NCBI GenBank assembly: GCA_040400605.1
Contig: JBBAPZ010000017.1
Coordinates: forward strand, 2,903-66,902
Reading direction: 5' to 3'
DNA length: 64,000 nt
Origin: Candidatus Sericytochromatia bacterium
GTDB lineage: Bacteria; Cyanobacteriota; Sericytochromatia; S15B-MN24; JAQBPE01
The notes under the pieces were generated by a model. That model worked only from the letters and a program-made list of their open reading frames with translations, had not been told where the DNA came from and made no database searches. Made by a program: the position numbers and the translations under genes. This document shows, in pieces, positions 29,932-39,858 of the stretch. How positions within the stretch are numbered: position 1 is the first letter of the stretch; the number at the start of each line of letters is the position of its first letter.

Positions 29932-31515
29932 TCAATGCGCTTGATGCGCCGCAAACTGTGGTGCAACCATTCGCAACACCATTCGAACAAAGTTAATGTT
30001 GGTAAACTCGTCACGTAAAAATGGTGCCACCTGAAAAAACAGTTTCAACAAGTCAAGCAAACCTTTATGGGAACTCAATGTGCCCAAGATACGCCAATGC
30101 GCATCCAGCGCCTCTTGCGATTGGTGCTTTTCCAATTCGAGCACCACCACGTAAAGGGTCACCAGCGTCGCATGCGCCGTGAGCAGGTCATAGTGAAACG
30201 ACAATTCTTTGGCAAAAAGCAGGTGATCCAACCATTGCGTCATCTGAGCATGGGCACGCAATTCACCGGGCATCGGCTTGCATCCATCCAAACACGCAAA
30301 TTCTGGCGACACATTCGAGAAGCCTTTAAAAAGGAACGACAGGTAAATTTCAGCCAACATTCGTTCCGCATCGGTCAAAGGGGTGAAATCATGCGCCTCA
30401 GACGGCTTCTTTAAAGGCTCGGCCAACACATCGGTCATCATCCACAAACGCTCATGGAGTGGCGAGGCATCATCGTTGAGTATGCGCCGCAACCGGCTCT
30501 CCATCTGCTTGAACTCATCCCATGTGACCGGATGATCCGGTGTCAACAGGAACTGTTCAGGCGGGGTCCACGGACGAGACAAAATCAAGCGTGTCCGAAT
30601 ATCCGCTGAGTGCGCAGCCAAAGGTAAACCAATTCCCTTACGCGCGCTATCACAAAAATGGCTGGTGGTAACCGCCACGCCATCCGGCGTTTCAACAAAT
30701 CGATACGGGTAAACGATACATGTATGGAAAACCGGTGTTCCCAAAAAAAGATGCAGGCGACAGCGATTTTGGGTATCGAGAAATCGACATGTTTCATCAG
30801 GTTTTTTAACGTATAAGGTATCGTCGTCACAGGGTTCCAATTGTAAACCCTCGAACTCGGGCGCAAACTCGGACCAAGGCAGTTGATCCAAAAGACGCTG
30901 CGTTGCCCGCTCGGTCGTCACCTCCCATTTCATTTTGCAACACGCACCCGAACCTTGACACGAAAAACGCGCATCTTCCTGAAACAACAAGGGCTGGTCA
31001 CCAGGCTGGTAACGTCGCCGATAAGCCAAATCGAGCCAATCACGATACGAATGCGCCGATGTCCGTAAAAATGGAATATCGCTTAACGCCATTGCACGCC
31101 CTTTGCCGAAACTCCACGCCTCGACACAAGCAGCCAACGTCAGCCAAACCAACTCGAGACGCGCTTCGACAACCCGAACCCCAAAAGCCAACCACAGAGG
31201 CTGATTCTGACCCTCCGTCAAAAAACGCGCCCACACAACGCCTTCCGACGCACCGTCGTCAAGACCACTCACCCACTCACACGTACCCTGAGCGGGAAAA
31301 GCCCACAATTCCTCCAAACAAGACACCACACGGTCATGATGCGCCCGCGCGAATTGAACCGGGTCTACCTCACGCTTGGTGACAACCTCATTACCCAGCA
31401 ATAAATCAGCATCCGATGCCCAAAAATCAAGGTATGCAAGGCCTTCTGAAGGCTGATTACGCAGCTCGAAAAACCGAACGAGCAATCGCTCGGCATCCAC
31501 CCTCGTCAACATCAC
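29932..31515 (-). CDS. YkgJ/FliB-family (CxxCxxCC zinc/iron-chelating domain) protein
   Basis: CQGSGACC followed by additional Cys (CRFLDTQNRCRLH), as in the flagellin lysine-N-methylase/YkgJ family. 527 aa. Confidence 0.5.
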   Translation of the reverse strand: MMLTRVDAERLLVRFFELRNQPSEGLAYLDFWASDADLLLGNEVVTKREVDPVQFARAHHDRVVSCLEELWAFPAQGTCEWVSGLDDGASEGVVWARFLTEGQNQPLWLAFGVRVVEARLELVWLTLAACVEAWSFGKGRAMALSDIPFLRTSAHSYRDWLDLAYRRRYQPGDQPLLFQEDARFSCQGSGACCKMKWEVTTERATQRLLDQLPWSEFAPEFEGLQLEPCDDDTLYVKKPDETCRFLDTQNRCRLHLFLGTPVFHTCIVYPYRFVETPDGVAVTTSHFCDSARKGIGLPLAAHSADIRTRLILSRPWTPPEQFLLTPDHPVTWDEFKQMESRLRRILNDDASPLHERLWMMTDVLAEPLKKPSEAHDFTPLTDAERMLAEIYLSFLFKGFSNVSPEFACLDGCKPMPGELRAHAQMTQWLDHLLFAKELSFHYDLLTAHATLVTLYVVVLELEKHQSQEALDAHWRILGTLSSHKGLLDLLKLFFQVAPFLRDEFTNINFVRMVLRMVAPQFAAHQAH

Positions 31516-31542
31516 GCCTCCCTTTTACCCTTACACCAAATC

Positions 31543-32292
31543 TCACGCCCTCGGCGAAGTGGTCACACCCTCGTCACTCGTTTTGGGTGGTTCTGTAAAA
31601 CCCTTGCACAATGCGTCGAAAACACTTTCGGCACCATCCAGCAATTTGAGCGCCGTATGCGCCCGATAAACCAAACCACTCAACTGCGGCACTTTCAATG
31701 CCTTCATGTTTGCCAGATACTCGACCCCCGTGGCAGGCACTTCCTGGGCCTCTTTTTGTGCCAAAAGCGCCTGAAGCGCCGTATCGAGATTGGCAAAATC
31801 CTGTCTGAAGCGCTCCCAAGCCAACAAACGTTCGGGATCATGCAAACACCGCTCACGCTCTGCCAACCACGCATCAGGTACACTCCTTGGCGGCGCCTTG
31901 CCGGCTTGGGCCGCTGGAATATCACGCCGCAACAAACCGTCAAGACGCGCCAACAACAGATAATCCATTTGAGCAGTGACCAACGCAATCTCCAACGTCC
32001 GTGCCTCAAAAGCCGGCGTCAAAGCTTGGGTAGGCACCTGAAAAACGGGTGAGTCAACCGCGTAACACTCAATCTGAGCCAAACCCAATTCAGCAAGGCG
32101 CAACTGTAGGACAAGAAATTCGCGTGCACGGCTCGCAGTGCGCGTCCCATGACGAGACAGTTTTTGACGACTGACCTTGAGCAACTCGCCAAGCTCTTTA
32201 CGCTTCTGAACCATTTTCAACTGCGTTTGGCGGTACTCCTTGCTGATACGCTCCCATTGCGCTTGATCCTCGGGCGTCAACTTTTTCGTCAT
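31543..32292 (-). CDS. hypothetical helical protein
   Basis: Start MTKKLTPEDQ sits 8 bp after the upstream stop and has an AGGA RBS. The track ORF (to 32424) overlaps the upstream gene. Confidence 0.45.
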   Translation of the reverse strand: MTKKLTPEDQAQWERISKEYRQTQLKMVQKRKELGELLKVSRQKLSRHGTRTASRAREFLVLQLRLAELGLAQIECYAVDSPVFQVPTQALTPAFEARTLEIALVTAQMDYLLLARLDGLLRRDIPAAQAGKAPPRSVPDAWLAERERCLHDPERLLAWERFRQDFANLDTALQALLAQKEAQEVPATGVEYLANMKALKVPQLSGLVYRAHTALKLLDGAESVFDALCKGFTEPPKTSDEGVTTSPRA

Positions 32293-32299
32293 GGCTCGC

Positions 32300-33358
32300 C
32301 TAATTCCTGAACAACGACTTAAACCGTGAACCCAAAACACCATCGGCAGGTGACGCTTGCTCAGGCTCAGATATCGCCTGCGCGATGTAGGCCTTGACTG
32401 CTGGGTCCGCCGGGGCCTGATCAAAACTCAATGGCCCGGACAATGGTCCAAGATCGGAAACGGCACGGTTCAAATAGTAAACCTTTCCCGCAACCTGCCG
32501 AATAAAGGGTGCCGCCGTCGCCATGTCCATCGACAAGGTCCCTGTCTCAAAACCCCGCAACGACTTCAACATCTCTTCCAATTCCCTGAAATGGTTGAGC
32601 AACACCGTCAGCTTCGTCCGCATCCCTTTATCCCTTGCCGATTCTGCCACCTGTTGCAGCAAACCCGTATCCGGTTCAGGCGCACTGACTTTAGCAGGCG
32701 ACATCCCCGGTCGCGTCAAAGAAGGTGACTTACCGACAGGAGCACCGGGAACTGGACGAGCGCCAACAGCAGGCGGCCGTCCAACCCCCACAACGGGCGC
32801 AGCAGGAGCCGCAGGACGTGGAACGCCTGGCAAAGGCTTGCCTGGTACGCTTCGCCCCGGCAAGCCCGGTATGGACGGTAAACTGGGTTTGGTTTCAGCC
32901 AATTGGGCAGTTCCGAGAGACGCGCTCCCCTGCCCCGAAGCCTCGGCCGGTTCCGTCACTTTTTGAGCCAAGGCCTGCTCAATGATGCCCGCAGTCCGCT
33001 GATAATGCGCCACATAATACTCGGTGGTCAAATACTGGGTTTTCAAAGCGATCAACTCAACCTTGCCCGATATCGCCGAAAAGCCGCCCCCCGCCCGCTC
33101 GGTCTGCGCAAGCAACATCATCATCTCCAACGTGCACAAAGCAGCCTGACGACGTAGCTCATTTTTTTGAACCTGGATATCCCGAGTGGGCGACGCAGGC
33201 TCTCTGGCAAGACGCTCCAATTCTTTTGACGCAAACTGCACCATGGCCTGCGCGTTCTTCATATACCCCTGGGATTCGTTCATCACTTCCCGGCGGCGTT
33301 GCTCAATTTTTTCGATCTCACGCTCGATCTGTTTGATCTGCTGCTCAGGGGTCAACAC
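32300..33358 (-). CDS. hypothetical coiled-coil protein with central Pro-rich linker
   Basis: N-terminal coiled coil (EQQIKQIEREIEKIEQRRRE), then a PGxPxP-rich region and a C-terminal helical domain. Confidence 0.5.
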   Translation of the reverse strand: MLTPEQQIKQIEREIEKIEQRRREVMNESQGYMKNAQAMVQFASKELERLAREPASPTRDIQVQKNELRRQAALCTLEMMMLLAQTERAGGGFSAISGKVELIALKTQYLTTEYYVAHYQRTAGIIEQALAQKVTEPAEASGQGSASLGTAQLAETKPSLPSIPGLPGRSVPGKPLPGVPRPAAPAAPVVGVGRPPAVGARPVPGAPVGKSPSLTRPGMSPAKVSAPEPDTGLLQQVAESARDKGMRTKLTVLLNHFRELEEMLKSLRGFETGTLSMDMATAAPFIRQVAGKVYYLNRAVSDLGPLSGPLSFDQAPADPAVKAYIAQAISEPEQASPADGVLGSRFKSLFRN

Positions 33359-33384
33359 ACGTTATACCTTTCTGAAATCATCAC

Positions 33385-33612
33385 TTAAACTTGCAGATCC
33401 CTCAACGTTTTCAAAATAATCTGATTAAGAATGTCATTCGTGAAGGCCAACTCCTGTAGCGCCTTGTTCAACCTGATTTGGCTACGGATCAGATCCTCCG
33501 ACGTTCCTCCCTGCTGAAAAACATTCGTCGCCTCAACGGTCTCCCCAGACCACTTGCGCAAATTCACGCTGCTCGCATAAGCCCCGTTGGCCACCACGCC
33601 ATATAAACTCAT
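33385..33612 (-). CDS. small helical protein (75 aa), weak FliE/inner-rod-like C-terminus
   Basis: The C-terminal ...NDILNQIILKTLRDLQV loosely resembles the FliE C-terminal helix (...RNKLVAAYQEVMSMQV). The N-terminus is paralogous to ORF 36328-36582. Confidence 0.4.
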   Translation of the reverse strand: MSLYGVVANGAYASSVNLRKWSGETVEATNVFQQGGTSEDLIRSQIRLNKALQELAFTNDILNQIILKTLRDLQV

Positions 33613-33748
33613 TCGCAGCCCCCCAAGAAATATCCGACTCCATCAATAGTCATACCCGGACATTCCACAATTCTCACCGAGAACAAAAGGGTGCCAGCAC
33701 AAGCCAACACCCTTTCATTTCCAAAAACGAAACGCCGAGTAGACCGAC

Positions 33749-34003
33749 TTAGCGAGGCATCTCGTTGATTTTTTCCATCGCCTTCTTGAGTGATTCCAAA
33801 GCCTGCTTGGCTGCTTCAAGATCACGCTGCAACTCTTGCATCAGCATATTAATCTCTTGCAGACGCTGCGAAGTCACGTTGCCTCGCCGAATCTCATCGG
33901 TCAGGCCCTTCATTCCACCAATAATGTCACTGATCTTACCGTTCAGATTGTACTGGGCCTGAAGCATATCAAGCTGAGTACTTGCCGGATTTCCAACTCC
34001 CAT
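33749..34003 (-). CDS. small coiled-coil protein (84 aa)
   Basis: Heptad-rich C-terminal half (QRLQEINMLMQELQRDLEAAKQALESLKKAMEKI). Confidence 0.4.
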   Translation of the reverse strand: MGVGNPASTQLDMLQAQYNLNGKISDIIGGMKGLTDEIRRGNVTSQRLQEINMLMQELQRDLEAAKQALESLKKAMEKINEMPR

Positions 34004-34807
34004 GTTCTTGCTCCTTCTCGTTTCAATTCACTGCCTGCGTGTTGGGGTTAAATGACCGAATCGCCCGTCGCTCCCCCATCCTGAAAGCTATATACCAAGC
34101 TCTTTGACGTTGCTTGTCGTATTTAAAAAATATTTAATGAAACCGGAATAAAAAACAAACAGTTTGACCGAATCATCCACCGTGATCGTACCTTGAGAGA
34201 TGGCTTGGGTACCGCGCGAGAGACTGGTGTTGGCACTCATACGGCACGTCATAAAAAATGTTTCAGTGTTGATTTGAGTTTGCTCAATCGCTGAACACGC
34301 GTCACGCGTTTTGTGGATCAAATCTTTTTTGAAACAGCAGGATAACTTGCTATCCGAAAGATTATAAGATGGACTATCAAACGCCCATTAACCCTTGAGC
34401 GGGCATTCGACAGTCCACCATGCGAAATCCTGGAAATTAAGTCGTAGCCTTTTCAAAGAAAAATCTTCGTTCCGCAAAACGAGCTGTTTCGGTTTGTAGG
34501 CGACGCATTCTCAAGCAAGCATCGCAACGACGTTTCAAACACAGTTCGATTTGATGAAACGTCGAAACAGCGTTGCGAGTGACAGTAGAAAGTTAGGCTA
34601 AAAAATTTAAATATTATATTAATATTTTTAGTCTTATTATTTTGGCAACCTGGTCCTTGTCGCATGGTGGGTCGGAGCAAAAAATCTCAAAGGAAATGGG
34701 GTGATCCGCCATCTCAGTGCGAATCACCCTAAGAGAGAATGCCACAAACGAAAAGCATCAAAGCAAGTCAAGCGCATCCGCTCAAACTCACACGGGCAAG
34801 AGGAACC

Positions 34808-36274
34808 TCATCCTCCCATTGCAATCGTACGAACAGCGGTTTTCGCCACTTCACGCGTCTGATCCAGCAATCCAGGTTGCCGCGAAACCCAATCCAAATA
34901 CGGCAACGCTTCCCGTGAGCGCATTTCTGTCAGTAACTGAATGGCCGCGTTCATCGTCGAACACTCCGCCCCTGTTCGCAGGTAGGTCAACAAGGCCCGC
35001 GTCACTTCATTACGCGCCGCAGAGGGTTGAGCCGGGTTGGGTGCGAGGGCTTGTCGCATCTCGGCCACAGCCGCGATGCCATCTGGACCACCCTTGCGTA
35101 ACTCAAGCTCCATGGTTCGCAAATATTCAATCGATGCCCGACCATTGGAAACCACGCCAGACACTCCCGACGTGGCTGTCTGCTGTTGTGCCATCACTTT
35201 CATGGCATTGAGCGCGACATCGCGGGTTGCATCCAATAAACCCGGCTTCCGTGCGACCGCTGCGATATAAGGCGCGGAACGCGGATCATTCATCGCAACC
35301 AAAGCATTGACCGCCTCACCCACACTCACATCTTCCTTATGATAAATGTGATTCACCAACAAACGAAACACGTTCTCACGCGATTCCGGATTGGTCTGAG
35401 CAATCTGCGCCATCTGCCTGATGGCCATCGCACCCTTTTGCCCACCAGCATTCAGATCATCACGCAACACCTGCAAAACGATCGCCGAATCCTCAGGACG
35501 CATCCCCATACCAGGCATCACCTGCGCAGTCGGCTGGGCCGCAAAGGTACCGGGCTGCATCACTTGCGTCGGTTGAGTCGCGAACGTGCCTGGCTGCATG
35601 ACCTGTGTCGGCTGAGCCGCAAACGTGCCAGGCTGCATCACCTGCGTCGGCTGAGTCGCAAAGGTACCGGGCTGCATCACCTGCGTCGGCTGAGTCGCAA
35701 AGGTACCGGGCTGCATCACCTGCGTCGGCTGAGTCGCAAAGGTACCGGGCTGCATCACTTGCGTCGGTTGAGTCGCAAAGGTACCGGGCTGCATCACTTG
35801 CGTCGGTTGAGTCGCAAACGTGCCAGGCTGCATCACCTGAGGGGAGCCAAAACCCTGGTTCTGTGACGCGCCCGCCCCTTGACCCAGTGTGTGAATGCCG
35901 GAAGCTGTCGGACTTGCTTGCAATGCATTGAGATACCGCGTTGCAAAGGCAACCACTTGCGGATCCTGTCCGGGAACATTGGCAACTTGTTGCAGACGCA
36001 TCATGCCCGCAGTGGGATCAACCTGGGCGAGACGAGCAGCGGCCAGCAAACCTGCATAGCGATCTTGAGGGTTGGATGAGGCAAGCAACTGGTCAGCCTG
36101 CGCGGCCATCACCGCAGCATTTCCAGCTCCAGCGGAGCCTCCCGTCAATCTCATCTGATCCTGGACCATGGCAGGCGCACTCGGAGGCATGCTCTGCACG
36201 GCCGCCAGCATAGGAGAAAAGACAGGCTGTACGCTCCCAAGGGGTGCGATCGATAAGTGATTGCCTGACATCAC
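34808..36274 (-). CDS. HEAT-repeat protein with internal 13-aa tandem repeats
   Basis: About 9 copies of QVMQPGTFATQPT, then PBS-lyase/HEAT-like repeats (PYIAAVARKPGLLDATRDVALNAM; PYLDWVSRQPGLLDQTREVAKTAV). Paralogous to 36718-38154. Confidence 0.6.
   Translation of the reverse strand: MMSGNHLSIAPLGSVQPVFSPMLAAVQSMPPSAPAMVQDQMRLTGGSAGAGNAAVMAAQADQLLASSNPQDRYAGLLAAARLAQVDPTAGMMRLQQVANVPGQDPQVVAFATRYLNALQASPTASGIHTLGQGAGASQNQGFGSPQVMQPGTFATQPTQVMQPGTFATQPTQVMQPGTFATQPTQVMQPGTFATQPTQVMQPGTFATQPTQVMQPGTFAAQPTQVMQPGTFATQPTQVMQPGTFAAQPTAQVMPGMGMRPEDSAIVLQVLRDDLNAGGQKGAMAIRQMAQIAQTNPESRENVFRLLVNHIYHKEDVSVGEAVNALVAMNDPRSAPYIAAVARKPGLLDATRDVALNAMKVMAQQQTATSGVSGVVSNGRASIEYLRTMELELRKGGPDGIAAVAEMRQALAPNPAQPSAARNEVTRALLTYLRTGAECSTMNAAIQLLTEMRSREALPYLDWVSRQPGLLDQTREVAKTAVRTIAMGG
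35490..35850. repeat. ~9 tandem copies of a 39-bp repeat (CTGCATCACCTGCGTCGGCTGAGTCGCAAAGGTACCGGG)
   Basis: Near-perfect tandem copies are visible directly in the sequence. They lie in frame inside CDS 34808-36274. Confidence 0.85.
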
Positions 36275-36327
36275 GGTTTCTCCCTCACCCGCACACGGGT
36301 CTCAAACCAGTTACCTGGCCAGTTGAC

Positions 36328-36582
36328 TCAAGTGGCCCGATTGGCCAAATCCTGCGCTTTGGATATCTGCGCGAGAACCTGATTCATTGCATCTCGAAAT
36401 GCCGATACTTCATCCATGGCCTTGCGCTGATCAGCCGTTCGCAAATCCAATGGCCCAAGCTGATTGGGTAACTCCAACGGCCCAAGCTTGACCAAGTGGG
36501 AGGCATTCTCGCCCGCCTCCCGCACCCGCGCCTGATCAGCATAAAGCGCCCGCACCACACTCACGTTATCAATTGAGCTCAT
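36328..36582 (-). CDS. small helical protein (84 aa)
   Basis: ATG at 36582 has an AGAGGAGG RBS 6 nt upstream. N-terminus MSSIDNVSVVRALYA is similar to MSLYGVVANGAYA of ORF 33385-33612. Confidence 0.45.
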   Translation of the reverse strand: MSSIDNVSVVRALYADQARVREAGENASHLVKLGPLELPNQLGPLDLRTADQRKAMDEVSAFRDAMNQVLAQISKAQDLANRAT

Positions 36583-36717
36583 CTGCGCCTCCTCTAAACC
36601 TGAACCAAGAATCAGATCAATTAGTACCTTTGATGTTCTTTTCCCCGACTTTGCGCTCAATCTTGCGGCTTTCGAACAAGCTTTAAACGAAGATTAATCT
36701 CACGCGACCCACCATCA

Positions 36718-38154
36718 TTACGCTTTTTTCCCAAAAGGCCACCAACTGAACCACCCGCCGCCGCCGCCCTGCCCAAGCAAAGCCTTCGCCTCCTTTGCGA
36801 TCGCCGGATCACCATCACCTGCAACAACTTTCAGCTTCGCCAGCGTTGCCTCCGAATAAGGCTTCGGAAAACCTGCCAGAATCTTCAGTGCCTCAATTCG
36901 CTCTTGCGCATGATAAGAGCCACTAGTCAAAATTGGCGCCTCACCGATGATATCCCGCGCCTTGGGTGTCTTCAATGCACCAAGAATGCGCATGGCAACC
37001 AAGCCAACCGTACTCGTGTTGCGGTCGTAAAGCAACGCCTTGAGCAACGCCACCGTCGCCGGATCCTCCAGAAATTCCCGCCGTTTCGCCAGACACTCCA
37101 GCACGACCTCTTTATGAAGAACCATCAAACCTGCCCGAGCCGCAAGGAACTTTTGAATCGCAGGCAAATCATCCTTGGTCCCAAAACAGGTCAACGCCAC
37201 CGCCGCACGAGCCTTCGCCGTGCCACTAACATGGTACCCATCCGACGCAACCACCGCCCGCATGAAATCCATCACGCCCGGTTCCTTGATCCGCTGATTC
37301 AATGCCGCAATAATCGCTTCCAAGCTCTGGGGCCGAATGCGTCCGTCCCCATGCGCAGTCTGTGCGACTGCCAACAACTGCGCAGTCGACATTTTCGGTA
37401 ATTCGGACTCGGCCTGCACGGAAGAAGAAAACTCGCGCAAGCGCGCCATAAAAGCCTCGACCTCCGGTGTTGATGCCGCAGGTGCCGCACCGGGTGTCCC
37501 GTTGGCCACTCCTGGCGCCGTCGGCTGCAACCCCGGTGCCATGGCCCCCGCCGCACCTGTTTGAGGCACACTGCCCGGCACGACCGATTGAGCGCCAATG
37601 GGCGATGAAGCAACCCCAGGGGCAACAGAACCGGGCCCCTGTGCAGCCTGGGTTACCGGTGGGGTCACCATCTTCGCATACGCGCTGCTTGCGATCGCAC
37701 GCATCTGCGGATTCACATCCTGACTCAGCATCTGCAACTTTTGCGCCGCACCCGCTACCTGGTTTCGGATCAGGTAATCACTCAACTCCTGGAGCGTAAT
37801 CGGATCCACACCCGAACGCATCGCCTGCATGACAGCCCCATTGACCTCCTGCCGATACACCGGTCCGAGACCTTCCAACGCCGACAACGCCATCGTCACA
37901 TCCACAGGATTGGTGGACTGCAACTGCTGCGCGTAATGCCCCACCGCCTGCAACACGGCAGGATCTTTCTGCTGTGTGGTACCAAACTGATCCGCACCAT
38001 ATACAGGCGTCGCCGCAACCTGGTTCAAAGGCTGCAATTGCGACAAGGCAGCCTGAAGGCCCGGTGTCACCAGGCGACTCGGTTGATTGATCGGAAAATT
38101 ACTCATCGGCACCCTCGGGTCTTGCCCATTCGAATCATCCCATTTTTCAAACAA
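36718..38154 (-). CDS. HEAT-repeat protein (PBS lyase HEAT-like repeats) with Gln/Pro-rich N-terminal half
   Basis: C-terminal repeated helical pairs (DDLPAIQKFLAARAG..., DPATVALLKALLYD..., DGDPAIAKEAKALLG). Ends in GGGGGWFSWWPFGKKA. The start is uncertain: the track uses TTG, and ATG/GTG alternatives lie near 38106-38112. Confidence 0.55.
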   Translation of the reverse strand: MFEKWDDSNGQDPRVPMSNFPINQPSRLVTPGLQAALSQLQPLNQVAATPVYGADQFGTTQQKDPAVLQAVGHYAQQLQSTNPVDVTMALSALEGLGPVYRQEVNGAVMQAMRSGVDPITLQELSDYLIRNQVAGAAQKLQMLSQDVNPQMRAIASSAYAKMVTPPVTQAAQGPGSVAPGVASSPIGAQSVVPGSVPQTGAAGAMAPGLQPTAPGVANGTPGAAPAASTPEVEAFMARLREFSSSVQAESELPKMSTAQLLAVAQTAHGDGRIRPQSLEAIIAALNQRIKEPGVMDFMRAVVASDGYHVSGTAKARAAVALTCFGTKDDLPAIQKFLAARAGLMVLHKEVVLECLAKRREFLEDPATVALLKALLYDRNTSTVGLVAMRILGALKTPKARDIIGEAPILTSGSYHAQERIEALKILAGFPKPYSEATLAKLKVVAGDGDPAIAKEAKALLGQGGGGGWFSWWPFGKKA

Positions 38155-38188
38155 AATCTGACGTTAAGTTTTAACTTAATCGACACAA

Positions 38189-39847
38189 TCAACGCGGCTC
38201 ATAACGATACAACGCATTGCCGATCCCCAAACCCCAACCCCGAAAATCACCCGACGACACCTGATTCAACGCCACATCCTCAAAATACCCTGACACCAAA
38301 CCCCGCCATTGCCCTCCCCCATCCAGCGAGTCATAAACATTGCCCGACTGATAGATAAATGCGGTCATCCGGTTGAGATCACCAGCCACATCAAACACCG
38401 CCATCTGCCTGACGCCACCCAGTACCGGTAAAAATGGCCCCAAAAACTGATTGGTCACAACCGGACTGCCGTTATGCTCCCGATTGCGAAAGGCCGTTCG
38501 TGCCAAACGATTCCAACTGCGGCCAAAATCAAAGCTACGCAGCAAAGTGCCCCCTTCCGTCGCAACCCAAATCACCCCCGGCAAAGGTACCTTCACAACC
38601 GTTGCAAAACCATCCGTGCCAATTTGCGACGCCAGATTGAGCGAAAAAAGCTTGCTCCACACCGGCTGCTCATTGACCGCATCAGTATCAAGCTGATAAA
38701 CCCCATCCCCGACAAAATACACCAGGGTTGGATCATTCGCAGGCCCCGCTGCCGCATTGAGACGGGTCGTCCAAACCTCGGGGCGATCGCCCGGTCGCGT
38801 ATTGAACTCCGACCAAAACACCGACGCCGCATTTACCGCATCCGCATTCTGCGTCCGATACACCCGCCCCTGCACATCCGCGATCGTCACCGTTTTCGCG
38901 CCTTGCACCACCAAGGCACTGATGCTAACCGTACCCGGTAACCCAGGCGCAATCTCCTCCCATACCCCCCCACCATCCCGGGTACGAAAGACTTGATTGC
39001 CACCCGCCACAAAACCCGTCGTATCATCCACAAAGCGCACCTGCGACAAATTGACCGTCGCAGGTAAAGTCGCATTGCGAAACACCAAACTCGGTTGCGC
39101 ATCCGCATTCGCCCGCGTCAACAACAACACCGCCTTTTGCGCGCCAACGAGCCACCCCCGATTGTCACTGCTGAAATTCAACGCCTTCAAGTTACCAATA
39201 TTCGGTGGCATCAGCGCGGGATCAACCTGTTTCCAGACGGTCGCAGGCAAAAGCGGCACCCCGGGTTCAGCAGGAGGCGGCGTCACCGTCGGCAACGGTG
39301 ATACACCCGTTGGTGACATAGCAGGCACAGGCAACGGCGAACCAAACACCGGCCGCGGCACAGGCGTAATCTCACCCGCAGGCACAGGTGTGGCGAACAC
39401 GGGTCGCCCACTAACCGTCAACGTTGAAGCAACCCCAGGATCCACTGTCGGAATCGAGCGACTAACTTCCTTTACAACACCATCCGCCCCCACAACAAAG
39501 GTTTGAGTCGCAATTCGCTTGCCACCCCGACTGCTCCCAACCTCGACTTGAGCCTTGTAAGTCCCCGGCTTCTTTGGAGGTTGCCACTGAACAGTCATCC
39601 CCGTACGGCCAAGCAAGGTGCCCTCATCCACGCTCCACGCATAGGTCAATCCCGAGTTGGCGGGATCCGTCGCGCGAACGCGCAAGGTTACAATCCCATT
39701 GCCCTCATCCCGTGCCTCCAGATTGGTGATGACGGGTGCTTGATCCCCACCCTGCGCCACATTCGCCCCGACGCCCGATGCTTCTTCCACGCAAGACCAC
39801 AGACCCAGCAGCCCCAGACATAGCCAAACCCGTGCCCAAACCATCAA
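38189..39847 (-). CDS. secreted protein: N-terminal Ig-like domain + BNR/Ycf48-like beta-propeller
   Basis: Signal peptide, Ig-like region, a Pro-rich linker, then repeated DGGxxW/SxDxGxSW propeller motifs (RDGGGVWEEI, FDFGRSWNRL, LDGGGQWRGL). Confidence 0.6.
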   Translation of the reverse strand: MMVWARVWLCLGLLGLWSCVEEASGVGANVAQGGDQAPVITNLEARDEGNGIVTLRVRATDPANSGLTYAWSVDEGTLLGRTGMTVQWQPPKKPGTYKAQVEVGSSRGGKRIATQTFVVGADGVVKEVSRSIPTVDPGVASTLTVSGRPVFATPVPAGEITPVPRPVFGSPLPVPAMSPTGVSPLPTVTPPPAEPGVPLLPATVWKQVDPALMPPNIGNLKALNFSSDNRGWLVGAQKAVLLLTRANADAQPSLVFRNATLPATVNLSQVRFVDDTTGFVAGGNQVFRTRDGGGVWEEIAPGLPGTVSISALVVQGAKTVTIADVQGRVYRTQNADAVNAASVFWSEFNTRPGDRPEVWTTRLNAAAGPANDPTLVYFVGDGVYQLDTDAVNEQPVWSKLFSLNLASQIGTDGFATVVKVPLPGVIWVATEGGTLLRSFDFGRSWNRLARTAFRNREHNGSPVVTNQFLGPFLPVLGGVRQMAVFDVAGDLNRMTAFIYQSGNVYDSLDGGGQWRGLVSGYFEDVALNQVSSGDFRGWGLGIGNALYRYEPR

Positions 39848-39858
39848 GACATCTCCGG

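Noticed and set aside
33385-33612. WXG100/EsxA-like secretion substrate (KWSGETVEA resembles the EsxA AAWGGSGSEAY turn)
   Set aside because: The W-x-G lies at residue 21 of 75 with no preceding helix-1-length segment. The ORF cannot extend further upstream, so it does not fit the ~45+45 helical hairpin architecture. The similarity is judged coincidental.
34620-34650. Sigma54-type promoter (TGGCAACCTGGTCCTTGTCGCA)
   Set aside because: The -12 GC element is mis-spaced, and the orientation (+) does not match any downstream plus-strand gene.
35339-35931. Plus-strand ORFs with striking LHHLRRLSRKGTG repeats
   Set aside because: They are the antisense reading of the 39-bp tandem DNA repeat inside CDS 34808-36274. 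The repeat explains the periodicity; they are not independent genes.
37741-38941. Long plus-strand ORFs (205 and 155 aa) rich in Arg/His
   Set aside because: Antisense to the HEAT-repeat and BNR-propeller genes, with implausible composition.
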